A stretch of 64,000 bases of DNA from an uncultured Verrucomicrobiae bacterium (GTDB lineage Bacteria > Verrucomicrobiota > Verrucomicrobiia > Chthoniobacterales > Chthoniobacteraceae): NCBI GenBank assembly GCA_963836755.1, contig CAWIKF010000002.1, positions 384,001 to 448,000 of the forward strand, in the 5' to 3' direction. This document shows, in pieces, positions 53,925-64,000 of the stretch; the first letter of the stretch is position 1; every line of letters begins with the position of its first letter. A program made the position numbers and the translations under genes. Below the pieces are notes generated by a model that had not been told where the DNA came from, searched no databases, and worked only from the letters and a program-made list of their open reading frames with translations.

Positions 53925-54333
53925 TTTGTGACGGAACGTTTTGCATGAATTGCAAAGGCGTCATTCCCTGGCCGACATCCGGCAGCCCGCGCTGGCTCAG
54001 GAGCTCGATCGCGCGTTCGATGGGCAAACGCACGACGCCTTTTTGCCGATCGATCCATCCGTAGGAATTCAGCTCGCGCTCTTCGCGCTCGCGCATTTTT
54101 TGCAGATCTTCCGTTGGCGCGACCTGCAGGCTGGGCTGCGGAAAGTTGCTGCGCGCATGCGCGATTTCCGGCAGCGGCCGATCGACCGCTGCGCGATGGA
54201 CGACAAATGCGTGAAAAATTCCTTCGGTCACGAGCAACGTGATGAACACAGAGAGAACGAGCAAAGCGGCGAGCCAAAAAAGGACACCGACATTCGCGTC
54301 GCGCTTTTCGTTTTTCGGGCGGTCGTCGTTCAT
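53905..54333 (-). CDS. Single-TM protein of ACIII operons (ActG-like position)
   Basis: EKRDANV, TM, P.PSLQ, LNSYGWIDR..GVVRLPIERA; overlaps neighbouring genes. Confidence 0.75.
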   Translation of the reverse strand: MNDDRPKNEKRDANVGVLFWLAALLVLSVFITLLVTEGIFHAFVVHRAAVDRPLPEIAHARSNFPQPSLQVAPTEDLQKMREREERELNSYGWIDRQKGVVRLPIERAIELLSQRGLPDVGQGMTPLQFMQNVPSQNENRTP

Positions 54334-55448
54334 GACATGCGCGGGTCGTTGAGCGGGATAAGCGGATGAGCTGCAAGTTTGTTGGCAAACGTCGCGAGCC
54401 AAAGTCCGCCGATGCCGATGAATAGAGTGATGTCCATCCACTGCATATGGATTCCCGGGATGTGGATCGATGGCGCGACGAGCCAGTAAACATCGATGGC
54501 GTGCGCGACTAGGACGAGCCCCGCGATGACCGCGAGCCACTGGATGCGCCGTTTCGTCTGGCGCGAAAGGAGCAGCGCGAACGGCACCGCGAAATGAAAC
54601 AGGCCGAGCGCCAGCGCGACGCCTTTCCACCCGACACTGCTGCGGTGCAAATACCAGGAAATTTCGTCCGGTAGATTGCCGCTCCAGATGACCAGGAATT
54701 GCGAGAACGACATGTATGCCCACAGCATCACAAACGCGAGCAGCAGGTTGCCGAGGTCCAGAAAATGCGCCGGCGTGAGGACGTCAGCGAATGCAGATTT
54801 GCGCGCGTTTAACGCGAGCAAAACAATGGCAAACGCGAGCGCCGCAAGCGTCTGGCCGACGATGATGAGAATCGGGAAGATGGTCGAATACCAGTCCGGC
54901 TCCAGCGCAAGCACGAAATCGACATACGCAAACGTCGCGAGCAAAACGTAGATGATCAGGCCGGGCGCGCTGATCCTGCGCAAGCGGCGAGTCGGCGCGG
55001 GATCGGAGGTCGCATCCTGCGCGAAGGAGCCGCGCCGCAGCGCGCGCGCGAGCAGGACCCAGCATGCAAAGTAAACGGCGACGCGGATGATGAAAAACGG
55101 AAGGTTTAAGTATGCATGACGATGTTCCAGCACGTCGCTCGCTGCAACAGCGGCCGGTCGTGCCCAGCCATAGAGGACTCGCAACCCGAAAAAAAGCGGC
55201 ACGACCAGCAGCGCCATCAGCGGCAGCGTCGCGAGCCCCGCCTCGAAAAAACGCCGGGTGATGAAACCCCAGCGGCCGCCAACGAGATGATTGAGCATCA
55301 GCAAACCGAAACAGCCGAGCGCGATTCCGAGCCAGAAAAGATAGCCGAAAAAGTAGGATGCAAAGAATTGCGAGCTGTTGAAAAATGCACCGATGAGGCT
55401 TACGAGCAGCGCTGCGATGCCGATGTATAAAGGCGTCGCGCGGTTCAT
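54330..55448 (-). CDS. actF: Alternative complex III subunit ActF
   Basis: Polytopic membrane protein, YLNLPFFIIR, WYSTIF, SQFLVIWSGNLPDE. Confidence 0.9.
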   Translation of the reverse strand: MNRATPLYIGIAALLVSLIGAFFNSSQFFASYFFGYLFWLGIALGCFGLLMLNHLVGGRWGFITRRFFEAGLATLPLMALLVVPLFFGLRVLYGWARPAAVAASDVLEHRHAYLNLPFFIIRVAVYFACWVLLARALRRGSFAQDATSDPAPTRRLRRISAPGLIIYVLLATFAYVDFVLALEPDWYSTIFPILIIVGQTLAALAFAIVLLALNARKSAFADVLTPAHFLDLGNLLLAFVMLWAYMSFSQFLVIWSGNLPDEISWYLHRSSVGWKGVALALGLFHFAVPFALLLSRQTKRRIQWLAVIAGLVLVAHAIDVYWLVAPSIHIPGIHMQWMDITLFIGIGGLWLATFANKLAAHPLIPLNDPRMS

Positions 55449-56014
55449 GGCATCTTCGCATCGAGTTGCGCGCGCTCCTGTTGCGGCACGTCATTGATTG
55501 TGCCGCCGCGAGCCAATTGCAGCGCGCGAATGTAAGCGGCAATTGCCCAGCGGTCGGGTGGTTCGACGCGCGCGGCGTAGGAATACATTGCACCGTAGCC
55601 GTTCGTGATGACGTCGTAAAAATGGCCGATCGGCGCGTTGCGGAGGCGCGGCTCGTGAAACGATGGCGGTTTTGGAAACCCGCGCTGCACGATCATTCCA
55701 TTCCCGCTGCCGGTGCGGTCGTGACAGACCGCGCAGAAAATATCGAATCGCTCTCGACCGCGCTGAATCAGCTCAGCATTAAACGCGACCGGAAGTGCAG
55801 TTACGTAGGTTCCGTCTGCATTATTTCCAGTCGCCGCGGCGTTGAGCTGCAAGGCTTCGCGAGCGACGGTGTGAGGCGGGAGCGGTTGCGCAGATTGGCC
55901 GTTTGGCAAAACGTCGCTTTGCGACAGCGGCTTATTTTTTGGCTGATTATACATATCCTGCCGGCAGCCGCTGAACAGCACGAGCACGAGAAGGAATCGC
56001 GCGCGCGCCTTCAT
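55445..56014 (-). CDS. actE: Alternative complex III monoheme lipoprotein ActE
   Basis: Lipobox FSGC, RQDMYNQPK, CAVCH, DRWAIAAYIRALQ. Confidence 0.92.
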   Translation of the reverse strand: MKARARFLLVLVLFSGCRQDMYNQPKNKPLSQSDVLPNGQSAQPLPPHTVAREALQLNAAATGNNADGTYVTALPVAFNAELIQRGRERFDIFCAVCHDRTGSGNGMIVQRGFPKPPSFHEPRLRNAPIGHFYDVITNGYGAMYSYAARVEPPDRWAIAAYIRALQLARGGTINDVPQQERAQLDAKMP

Positions 56015-56556
56015 TCCGCGGGCACCTCCGAGATTTCCTTTGCATGTTGCGCGCGCAAAAAATCGGTCACGGAAGCGGTATCAAACTTCGGATCGCTCGA
56101 CTCGATGCAGAGAAAAAATTTGTCCGTCGTTGACGCCGCGAAATTCTTCGCCGCGAAAATCGGATGATGCGGCCGCGGCAGTCCGTTCAGCATGAGCATT
56201 CCGCCGATCGCGGCGATGGCCGCGCAGAGGATCGTCAACTCAAACGTAATCGGGATGAACGCGGGCGCGCTGTGAAATGGCCGGCCGCCAACGTTGACCG
56301 GATAGCTGATGACATTCGCATACCACTGCATGAAGTAGCCCCCGATTCCGCCGGTGAGTCCGCCGAGTAGGCAGCAGAGCGGGACGCGATTTTTTTTGAA
56401 ACCAATCGCATCCGCGAGCCCCTCAACAGGGAACGGCGAATACGCATCGAATCGGCGGAAACCGAGCTCGCGCGCCTGTTTCGCCGCGTTTAACAACGAC
56501 TCATGATCGTTAAACTCGGCGATGATTCCGAAAGGCGGCATTTCTGCGCCGTTCAC
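56011..56556 (-). CDS. actD: Alternative complex III subunit ActD (DUF3341)
   Basis: DAYSPFPVEG, NVGGRP, FIPITFELTIL, NGLPRPHHP. Confidence 0.92.
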   Translation of the reverse strand: MNGAEMPPFGIIAEFNDHESLLNAAKQARELGFRRFDAYSPFPVEGLADAIGFKKNRVPLCCLLGGLTGGIGGYFMQWYANVISYPVNVGGRPFHSAPAFIPITFELTILCAAIAAIGGMLMLNGLPRPHHPIFAAKNFAASTTDKFFLCIESSDPKFDTASVTDFLRAQHAKEISEVPAE

Positions 56557-57929
56557 AACTTTCCCTCCTTCCGTTCCGACACGAGCGAACGCACTTCTGC
56601 GATCGAGATCATCGGCAGCAAACGCACGAACAAAAATACGAGTGCGACGAACAAACCCACCGTTCCAAAGAACGTCGCGTAATCCCATTTCGTCCCGCCA
56701 TACATCCCCCACGCGGACGGCATGAAATCGCGGTGCAGGCTCGTGACGACGATCACATAACGCTCCAGCCACATGCCGATATTCACCACGATCGAGACGA
56801 TCCAGAGAATGACCATGTTCCTCCGCACGGCCCGCAGCCACAGGATTTGAGGGATCACGAGGTTGCAGGAAATGAGCACCCAAAAAGTTGTCGCATACGG
56901 TCCCGTCATGCGATTCCACATCATGTAAGCGTCAAATTTATTTCCGCTGAACCACGCCATGAAACCTTCCATGATGTAGCCATAGGCGACCATCCAGCCT
57001 GTCGCCAACATGATGTTCGCCATGTTGTTGATGTGGCGCTGGGTGATGAGATTTTCCATGCGATAAACGCGCCGCAGCGGGATCACGAGAGTGAGCACCA
57101 TCGCGAACCCGGAATAAATCGCGCCGGCGACGAAGTAGGGTGGAAAAATCGTCGAGTGCCAGCCGGGCACGATGCCGACGGCGAAATCGAGCGAGACGAC
57201 GCTATGCACGGATACGACCAGCGGCGTCGCGAGACCTGCAAGCAGCATATAGGCGGATTCGTAGCGCGCCCAATGTTTTGCCGAACCGCGCCAGCCGAGC
57301 GCGAGGATGCCGAAAACGACCTGTTTCCAGTGTTTATCGGAGCGGTCCCGCAGTGTCGCGACATCGGGAAGCAAACCCGCATACCAAAAAATGAGCGAGA
57401 CGATGAAATACGTGCTCACCGCGAAAACATCCCAGACCAGTGGACTCCGAAATTGCGGCCAGACGCCCATCGTGTCGGGATAGGGAATCAGCCAGAAGAA
57501 AACCCAGGGCCGGCCGAGATGCAGCAGCGGAAAAACTCCCGCGCACGCGACTGCGAAAAGCGTCATCGCCTCAGCGAAGCGATTGATCGAAGTGCGCCAT
57601 TTTTGATGCATGAGCAGCAGGAACGCTGAGATCAAGGTTCCCGCGTGGCCGATGCCGATCCACCAGACGAAATTTACAATCGCGAAGCCCCACGCGATCG
57701 GAATATTGATCCCCCAAATGCCGACGCCTTTGAAGAAAAGCCAGCCGATGGCGACCGTCAAAATCATCACGAACAGGAAGGCGATCCCGAAACCGACATA
57801 CCAGAACCGCGGCACTTTTTGCTCGAGCACCACCGAGCCGATCTGCTCCGTCACCGATTCATACGTATCGGTTTTTCCGATCAATTTCGTCGGATAGCCG
57901 AGAACCGAGATTTCCTCCGGAGGATTCAT
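56553..57929 (-). CDS. actC: Alternative complex III subunit ActC (NrfD family)
   Basis: NFVWWIGIGHAGTLISA, HLGRPW, SPLVWD, WHSTIFPPYFVAGA. Confidence 0.95.
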   Translation of the reverse strand: MNPPEEISVLGYPTKLIGKTDTYESVTEQIGSVVLEQKVPRFWYVGFGIAFLFVMILTVAIGWLFFKGVGIWGINIPIAWGFAIVNFVWWIGIGHAGTLISAFLLLMHQKWRTSINRFAEAMTLFAVACAGVFPLLHLGRPWVFFWLIPYPDTMGVWPQFRSPLVWDVFAVSTYFIVSLIFWYAGLLPDVATLRDRSDKHWKQVVFGILALGWRGSAKHWARYESAYMLLAGLATPLVVSVHSVVSLDFAVGIVPGWHSTIFPPYFVAGAIYSGFAMVLTLVIPLRRVYRMENLITQRHINNMANIMLATGWMVAYGYIMEGFMAWFSGNKFDAYMMWNRMTGPYATTFWVLISCNLVIPQILWLRAVRRNMVILWIVSIVVNIGMWLERYVIVVTSLHRDFMPSAWGMYGGTKWDYATFFGTVGLFVALVFLFVRLLPMISIAEVRSLVSERKEGKL

Positions 57930-60820
57930 GGATTCAGGATTCGCGCGAGATAAGTCGTTCGCGGCCGCGTGTTGAGTTCTGAAAGCATCGCGTAATTCAG
58001 CGGCGAAGATTTGAGTCTCGCGACGCGGCTTCGGGGATCATTGATGTCGCCAAAAATGATGGCTTCCGCGGGACACGCCTCCGCGCACGCGGGAGTGATT
58101 TCGCCGTCGCGAATCGGCCGGCTTTCTTCCTCGGCAGTGATCCGCGCGGCCTCGATTCGCTGCGTGCAATACGTGCATTTTTCCATCACGCCACGGCTGC
58201 GCACCGTGACCTCGGGATTGCGCTGCAATTTCAAAACAGGCGCGCTTTCAAACTCGCCGGCATCGTATGCGAGAAAATTGAAGCGCCGAACTTTGTATGG
58301 ACAGTTATTTGAACAATAGCGTGTCCCGATACAACGGTTGTAAACCTGCACATTCAGCCCCTCGCTGTCGTGCACAGTCGCACCGACTGGACAAACGAGC
58401 TCGCACGGCGCGTTCTCGCAGTGCATGCACGGCACGGGCTGGAAATACGTGCGCGGATTTTCCACGGCGCCTTCGTAATAGCGGTCGATCCGAATCCAAT
58501 GCATCTCGCGCCCGCGCGCGACTTCGCCTTTGCCCACGACCGGGATGTTGTTCTCCGCGACGCACGCGATCACGCACGCGTTGCAGCCGATGCACGTGCT
58601 GAGATCGATCGCCATTCCCCACGCGTAATTTTTGTAAGGATGATCCTGCGGGCGATAAAGCGTCTCATCCTCCGGCGGCACATGCGTCAGCTCGCGGATC
58701 ATTTTCGGATCCTTCAGAAAGTCGTTGCGCGCCGCGACGCGCAGCAGATGTCGGCCCTCGATGCTTTGATGATGCTGCGTCACCACGAGCTTCATGGCGC
58801 GCCCTACTTTTCGCACAGCGGCGCCGCGCGCGTGCCAGAGAGCGTCCGATGTGCGGAGCGCAAACGCGTTGAAGCCGACGCCATTTCCGACGCGGCCCGC
58901 CGCCGTCCGTCCATAGCCGAAATGCAGAGTGAGCGCGCCATCGGCGTGGCCCGGTTGGATCAAAATCGGGGCTTCGATTGAATACTCGCGCTGCTTGATC
59001 TCCACCACGTCGCCTTCGTGCAAATCAAGCTGCTGTGCGGTCTGCGGGCTGATGAGCGCCGCGTTGTCCCAAGTCAATTTCGTCAGCGGACGCGGCAATT
59101 CCTGCAGCCAAGCGTTGTTGCAAAAACGTCCATCATAAACTGCGGGATCTTCGCGAAAAATTAACTCCATCCCCTCCGAAACTTTTTGCGGAACCGGCAG
59201 ATTTGTTTGTGCAACCAACGTCACATTTTTCGGCGGTGACGCCGTATTCGGAACGATTCCTTCCTGCACCGTCGCGTGCCATTTCACATCGTCGAAGCCT
59301 TGACGATTCCAGTAATCGCGCACGATTTCGTAGCTCGAGGCATTCACAGTTCCCAACGCGGCGGCGAAAAATTCATGCGCATTTTTCGAATCATAAAGCG
59401 GCGCAATCAGCGGCTGCATGATTGACGCCGTGCCGTCAAAAGCGCGCGCGTCGCTCCACGCCTCGAGCGCGTGCGGCTCGGGCACATGCCATTGGCATTG
59501 CGCCGCAGTTTCGTTCGCGTGCGTCCCGAGATGCATGCGCCAGGGAACGCGTTCCAGCGCCTGCCCAAATGCAAAATCGGCCGGCGCGTCAAAGACGGGA
59601 TTTCCGCCGAGAATAAACAACGCAGCGACGCGGCCTGCGCTCATGTCTGCCGTCAGCTCGCGGAGCGACTGCAGCTGATTTCCCGGCTCAGGTTCACTGG
59701 ACGTTGTGTAGACAATTGTTTGACCCACGTTGCCAAGGGCAGCGTTGATGCGCTGAGCAATCGCGTGCACTTCCGGCGGTTGCTCCACGCCTGCGATCAC
59801 GATCGATGCGCCGCGATGTGCCGCCAAAGTTTGCGCCGCACTCTCAAGCCATGCGGCGTCGGGAATCGACGCGGGCTGCGAAGAAGTGACACCGAGCTTC
59901 GCGGCCAGCGCTTCCGCGAGCGCGCGAACGCCGTCTGGCGACACTGCGGCACGATGGTCGGCCATCGCGCCCGTGATCGTCGGCGTCGCCTCCGCGACAT
60001 AAAGCCGATTCATTTTTTCCACGCCGGTGACGGCGCGGCGGCCTTTCACAAAATCGCGCACGTAACGCAATTGCCCCGGGCCTTCTCCCAAAAAGTTTGC
60101 GGCGAGCGAAACGACCACTGCGGCCTTATCGAAATGGTAAATTGTTTCGACGATTTCCCCGAAAGCCAGCCGCGCGCCTTCGCGAACATTGTCGCGATTG
60201 ATTGGCTCCCATTGATGCCATTTCGCAGCCGGATACTTCGTCAAAAATGCACGCAGTTGCTCGTGCAAAGTCGGCGACGTCAATGTTTGCGTCAGAATCC
60301 GAATGCCCGCGCCGCCGCTCTGCTGCTGGTTTCGCAGCACATCGTCGAGTGCCGACAGAAAATTTTCCCACGTGCTGATCGCGCCGCCTTCGAGCACGTT
60401 TTGCGAGCGGTCGGGATCATACAGATCGAGAATTGCGGCCTGCATGAAAACGTCCGTTGAGCCGAGATTTGCCGGATGGCGCGGATTCCCTTCGATCTTC
60501 GTGGGACGCCCTTCGTTGCTTTCGACAATCACGCCGCGCGCGTAGCCGCCGAGCGTGAGCGCGCTCGCAAAGTGCAACGGTTTCCCCGGCACAACTTCCG
60601 GTGGCTGCTTCACATACGGGACGATTTTTTCCAGGGGCTGCTTCGTGCATGCGCCGAGGCCGGCGAGCGCTAAGGATGCGCCCATCAATTTTAAAAAATG
60701 TCGCCGGCTGACTTCATCCGTCCACTCGGACGCGAGCGGAGGGAACTCGCGATGCAGCCAGGCGCGGAACTCAGCCGTGTCCGCGCGCTCCTCGAGACTT
60801 CGCCAAAGTTGTTCGTTCAT
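57926..60820 (-). CDS. actB: Alternative complex III subunit ActB (Tat molybdopterin-oxidoreductase-like plus Fe-S)
   Basis: WRSLEE, SRRHFLKLMGAS, GRPTKIEGNP, CIGCNAC, CMHCENAPC, CIGTRYC, EKCTYC. Confidence 0.95.
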   Translation of the reverse strand: MNEQLWRSLEERADTAEFRAWLHREFPPLASEWTDEVSRRHFLKLMGASLALAGLGACTKQPLEKIVPYVKQPPEVVPGKPLHFASALTLGGYARGVIVESNEGRPTKIEGNPRHPANLGSTDVFMQAAILDLYDPDRSQNVLEGGAISTWENFLSALDDVLRNQQQSGGAGIRILTQTLTSPTLHEQLRAFLTKYPAAKWHQWEPINRDNVREGARLAFGEIVETIYHFDKAAVVVSLAANFLGEGPGQLRYVRDFVKGRRAVTGVEKMNRLYVAEATPTITGAMADHRAAVSPDGVRALAEALAAKLGVTSSQPASIPDAAWLESAAQTLAAHRGASIVIAGVEQPPEVHAIAQRINAALGNVGQTIVYTTSSEPEPGNQLQSLRELTADMSAGRVAALFILGGNPVFDAPADFAFGQALERVPWRMHLGTHANETAAQCQWHVPEPHALEAWSDARAFDGTASIMQPLIAPLYDSKNAHEFFAAALGTVNASSYEIVRDYWNRQGFDDVKWHATVQEGIVPNTASPPKNVTLVAQTNLPVPQKVSEGMELIFREDPAVYDGRFCNNAWLQELPRPLTKLTWDNAALISPQTAQQLDLHEGDVVEIKQREYSIEAPILIQPGHADGALTLHFGYGRTAAGRVGNGVGFNAFALRTSDALWHARGAAVRKVGRAMKLVVTQHHQSIEGRHLLRVAARNDFLKDPKMIRELTHVPPEDETLYRPQDHPYKNYAWGMAIDLSTCIGCNACVIACVAENNIPVVGKGEVARGREMHWIRIDRYYEGAVENPRTYFQPVPCMHCENAPCELVCPVGATVHDSEGLNVQVYNRCIGTRYCSNNCPYKVRRFNFLAYDAGEFESAPVLKLQRNPEVTVRSRGVMEKCTYCTQRIEAARITAEEESRPIRDGEITPACAEACPAEAIIFGDINDPRSRVARLKSSPLNYAMLSELNTRPRTTYLARILNP

Positions 60821-61473
60821 CGGTGGCATGCGGAGCAGTCGGTGAGGTGATTTGTGAGGATGTGGTTCGTGACGAGAAGGCGCGCACCGCGCTGCTTTTG
60901 ATCCGGCGGCGGCTGCCAATGCATGTTTAACACTTCGCTTTTCTCGCGCAGAAAATTCTGCGGCTGGCGGTGGCAATCGATGCACCATTTCATGTAAAGC
61001 GATCCCGTTTTCCACGTGAGCGGCATCTGATCGACCTGGCCGTGACACGTGCTGCAGCCGATTCCTTTTTGCACGTGGATGCTGTGGTTGAAATAGACAA
61101 AATCGGGCAGGTCGTTGACGCGATTCCAGCGCAGCGGAATATTTCCGCGCATGCTCGCGCGGACGGGCTCGAGGATCGGAGCGTCGCGCCAGATCTGCGA
61201 ATGACACGTCATGCACGTGTCGGTCGGCGGCACTCCGGCGAAATGCGATGTCTCAACGCCTGTGTGACAATAGCGGCAATCGATGCCGAGCCCGTCGACG
61301 TGATGCCGATGGCTGAACGGCACCGGCTGCGTGAGCGGCACGCCCGCCATCGTCATGTAAGGCGACCAAAACGTGGCGTAGCTGAGCCAGCCGAGGCCGG
61401 CGAAAAAAACCGGCACGAGCACGAGAATGACGCGTGCGACGGTATTGGCCGAGCGGGAAAAAATTTGCGGCAT
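60817..61473 (-). CDS. actA: Alternative complex III pentaheme cytochrome c ActA
   Basis: Five CxxCH motifs, QPVPFSH, LPDFVYFNHS. Confidence 0.95.
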   Translation of the reverse strand: MPQIFSRSANTVARVILVLVPVFFAGLGWLSYATFWSPYMTMAGVPLTQPVPFSHRHHVDGLGIDCRYCHTGVETSHFAGVPPTDTCMTCHSQIWRDAPILEPVRASMRGNIPLRWNRVNDLPDFVYFNHSIHVQKGIGCSTCHGQVDQMPLTWKTGSLYMKWCIDCHRQPQNFLREKSEVLNMHWQPPPDQKQRGARLLVTNHILTNHLTDCSACHR

Positions 61474-61500
61474 GACCGGTCTCTCACGCGGTCACGGCCA

Positions 61501-61854
61501 TCACTCGCGCAGCCAGGTTTGCGCAGCGGCGAGCTGGGCGGAATCGAAATATTTCACCTCGGCATCCACGAACGCGCCGGAAAGTTTACTCACCCATTCT
61601 TCCCATTTTTGCTCCCCGACCATCGCGACTTTTTCCATCTGCTCAGAATGACTGAGCGAAAATTTCAAGTCATTCCACGCCGCGACCGGCTCCCATCCGT
61701 GGAAATCGCGCATGTCAAAACCGAGGCGCATTTTGCCATGCTCGGTGATGATTTTTTCCCACTTCGTGATCAGCCCCGCGTAATCCTCCTTCGTCAATTT
61801 ATCGCTGACGAGCACCCAGATGACGTTGCCTTCGGTGGAGATCACTTCTTGCAT
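61501..61854 (-). CDS. SpoIIAA-like (STAS/SEC14) domain protein
   Basis: KLTKEDY, DFHGW, KVAMVG, VKYF....AQTWL. Confidence 0.88.
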   Translation of the reverse strand: MQEVISTEGNVIWVLVSDKLTKEDYAGLITKWEKIITEHGKMRLGFDMRDFHGWEPVAAWNDLKFSLSHSEQMEKVAMVGEQKWEEWVSKLSGAFVDAEVKYFDSAQLAAAQTWLRE

Positions 61855-61933
61855 AACCAAAGTTTTATTTTTGTTCGCGCCCGGAGCCAAGGACGCGTGC
61901 AATTTTTTTTTGACCGCAGCGACGTCAAAACTT

Positions 61934-63724
61934 TTACCCCGTAGAAACTTTTTCGTGATTCTCAGTCAGCACGTGGGCGGTGTTGACCAGGCCGACGTGC
62001 GAGAAGGCCTGCGGGAAATTTCCGAGCAGGCGTTTCGCGTGCGGATCGTATTCCTCGGAAAGCAAACCGAGGTCGTTTCGAATGTTTAGCAACCGCTGAA
62101 ACATCGCGTTCGCATCGTCGCGCCGGCCGAGCAGCGCCAGACAATGCGAAAGCCAGAATGAGCAGGGTAAAAAAGCGCCTTCGCCCGGCGGCAATCCGTC
62201 CACGTTTGCTGAAGCGTCGGGATGATAGCGCAGCACAAATCCATCGGCGACAAGGTTACGCTCGATCGCTTCGATCGTCGCGCGCATGCGCGGATCGTCG
62301 GCCGGCAGAAAGCCAACGAGCGGCAGCATCAGCAAACTGGCGTCAAGGTTTTCCGAGCCGAAATATTGCGTGAAAGCGCCGCGCTTTTGATTGAAACCGC
62401 GCGTGCAAACTTCGCGGTGGATTTCGTCGCGAACGGCGCGCCAGCGATCGAGGTCGCCATTGGCGTCGAGGCCGAATTCCTCCACGCTGCGCACCGCGCG
62501 ATCGAGCGCGACCCACGCCATGACTTTCGAGTGCGTGAAATTCCGCCGCGCCCCGCGGACTTCCCAAATTCCATCATCCGCGTCGCGCCAATGTTCCTCG
62601 ACGAAGAGCACGAGCTGGCGTTGTAGCCGCCACGCATTTTCCTCCGCGGGAATTCCGAGCATCAGCGCGCGATGCAGCGAGCCCATGACTTCGCCGTAAA
62701 CGTCGAGCTGGAACTGATTCGCAGCGGCGTTGCCGACATGCACCGGCGCCGATTTTTCGTAACCCGGCAGCCACGAAACCTCGAATTCCGGCAACCGCCT
62801 TTCGCCCGCCGGCCCATACATGATCTGCGTTTGCGATGGATTGCCCGCGATCGCCCGCAGCAGCCAATTGCGCCACGCGGCGGCCTCCTCGCCGTAACCC
62901 GCGAGCATCAGCGCGTGCAGCGTGAAAGTCGCGTCGCGCAGCCAGCAAAAGCGGTAATCCCAATTGCGCACGCCGCCGATTTGCTCGGGCAAAGAAGTCG
63001 TCGCAGCGGCGAGCACGCCGCCGGTCGGGCGATAGGTGAGCGCCTTTAAAGTGATGAGCGAGCGCCGCACCGCATCGCACGACTCGCCATCATGAAACGT
63101 GCAGCGGCCTGACCATTCGGTCCAAAATTTTTCGGTCGTTTGCAGCGCGTGCTCGGCATTCACCGCGGCCGGGGGCGTTTCGTGCGAGGCATACCACGTG
63201 AGCACGAACGGCACGCGCTGGCCTTCACGCACGAGAAATTTCGCCGCGGTCGTCATCTCCTCGCCGTGCGTTTGCACGGGTGTGCGCAAAATCAGCGCCT
63301 CAGGCCCGGCGATCGCTGCAAGGCCTTCGTGCGTCTGGTGCACCCACGGCACCACATTTCCAAAGTCGTAGCGGATGATCAGCTTCAGCCGCATCCAGAC
63401 TTCGCCACGCAATCCCTCCACAACCCGCACCACATCAGGGTTCCGGCCGCGCACCGGCATGCAATCGATCAGCCGCACCGCGCCGCGCTCGGTCTCAAAA
63501 TCGGTCTCCAAGATTAACGTGTCACCGCGATAGCGGCGGCGCGTGGCGACAATTTCGGCGTCCGGCCAAATGCGCCAGCAACCGTTTTTTTCCTCGCCGA
63601 GCAATTTCGCGAAGCATGCCGCCGAATCGAAACGCGGGAAGCAGAGCCAATCAATCGAACCGTCGCGGCCGACGATCGCGCCGGTTTCCAGATCGCCGAT
63701 GAAACCGTAGTCCTCGATTTTCAT
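61934..63724 (-). CDS. Glycoside hydrolase family 15 (trehalase/glucoamylase-like)
   Basis: IEDYGFIGD, AATTSLPE..GG.RNWDYRFCWLRD, GIWEVRG, LLSEE, GNFPQAFSH. Confidence 0.95.
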   Translation of the reverse strand: MKIEDYGFIGDLETGAIVGRDGSIDWLCFPRFDSAACFAKLLGEEKNGCWRIWPDAEIVATRRRYRGDTLILETDFETERGAVRLIDCMPVRGRNPDVVRVVEGLRGEVWMRLKLIIRYDFGNVVPWVHQTHEGLAAIAGPEALILRTPVQTHGEEMTTAAKFLVREGQRVPFVLTWYASHETPPAAVNAEHALQTTEKFWTEWSGRCTFHDGESCDAVRRSLITLKALTYRPTGGVLAAATTSLPEQIGGVRNWDYRFCWLRDATFTLHALMLAGYGEEAAAWRNWLLRAIAGNPSQTQIMYGPAGERRLPEFEVSWLPGYEKSAPVHVGNAAANQFQLDVYGEVMGSLHRALMLGIPAEENAWRLQRQLVLFVEEHWRDADDGIWEVRGARRNFTHSKVMAWVALDRAVRSVEEFGLDANGDLDRWRAVRDEIHREVCTRGFNQKRGAFTQYFGSENLDASLLMLPLVGFLPADDPRMRATIEAIERNLVADGFVLRYHPDASANVDGLPPGEGAFLPCSFWLSHCLALLGRRDDANAMFQRLLNIRNDLGLLSEEYDPHAKRLLGNFPQAFSHVGLVNTAHVLTENHEKVSTG

Positions 63725-63858
63725 GCGGCGAAAAAAACCCTCACGAAAATCGAATCGAACCGCAACCCGCTTTGCGCGGGCGCGCGCGGCGTAAAAAATT
63801 CCGCGGATACGTGTGCAGCGCCGCTTCATTCCGATTCCCCAAGCGAAGAAGAACCATT

Positions 63859-64000
63859 ATGCGCTGGACTCTTTTCATAGTTTTGCTGCTCGTCTGGCTC
63901 GTCTGCTTGATCGCATTTAAAACGATCAGCCTGTTCGTGCACCTGATCCTGCTGCTCGCCGCCGCGCTGCTATTATGGCGGTTGCTCGCGGGCAAAAAAT
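63859..64000 (+). CDS. Small membrane protein (lmo0937/DUF5670-like), stop cut by window edge
   Basis: MRWTLFIVLLLVWLV...LFVHLILLLA...RLLAGKK. Confidence 0.75.
   Translation, partial: MRWTLFIVLLLVWLVCLIAFKTISLFVHLILLLAAALLLWRLLAGKK

Noticed and set aside
57926..61216. 1096-aa ActA-ActB fusion suggested by the ORF track
   Set aside because: The extension overlaps actA in another frame; ActB starts at 60820 (MNEQLWRSLEE).
1..64000. CRISPR array or cas genes
   Set aside because: No regularly spaced repeats or Cas motifs seen.

Overview
Bacterial DNA, probably Verrucomicrobiota (inferred from a PVC-type CxxCH protein, a short TPR family and the ilvE-mcsA-mcsB-clpC order). There are three zones. 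(1) 1-35630 is an accessory region. It holds intact carbohydrate-active enzymes separated by truncated gene and IS remnants, then a heavily frameshifted three-gene operon (tandem sacsin-like GHKL ATPase, SNF2 helicase, RecD-like helicase with a PD-(D/E)XK nuclease) that looks like an uncharacterised defence system. A phage-satellite-like module (tyrosine integrase, Xis-like protein, Rep, small terminase, no structural genes) follows and abuts the 5' end of tRNA-Leu(TAG). (2) 35713-42756 is an integrase-less islet closed by a 55-bp diverged copy of the tRNA 3' part. (3) 42814-64000 is clean core genome: uvrD/pcrA, a nucleotidyltransferase, ilvE, mcsA-mcsB-clpC, a CHASE3 protein, an alternative complex III operon ending at sco-coxB with no coxA, and a GH15. 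All family calls come from motif reading; no database searches were run.
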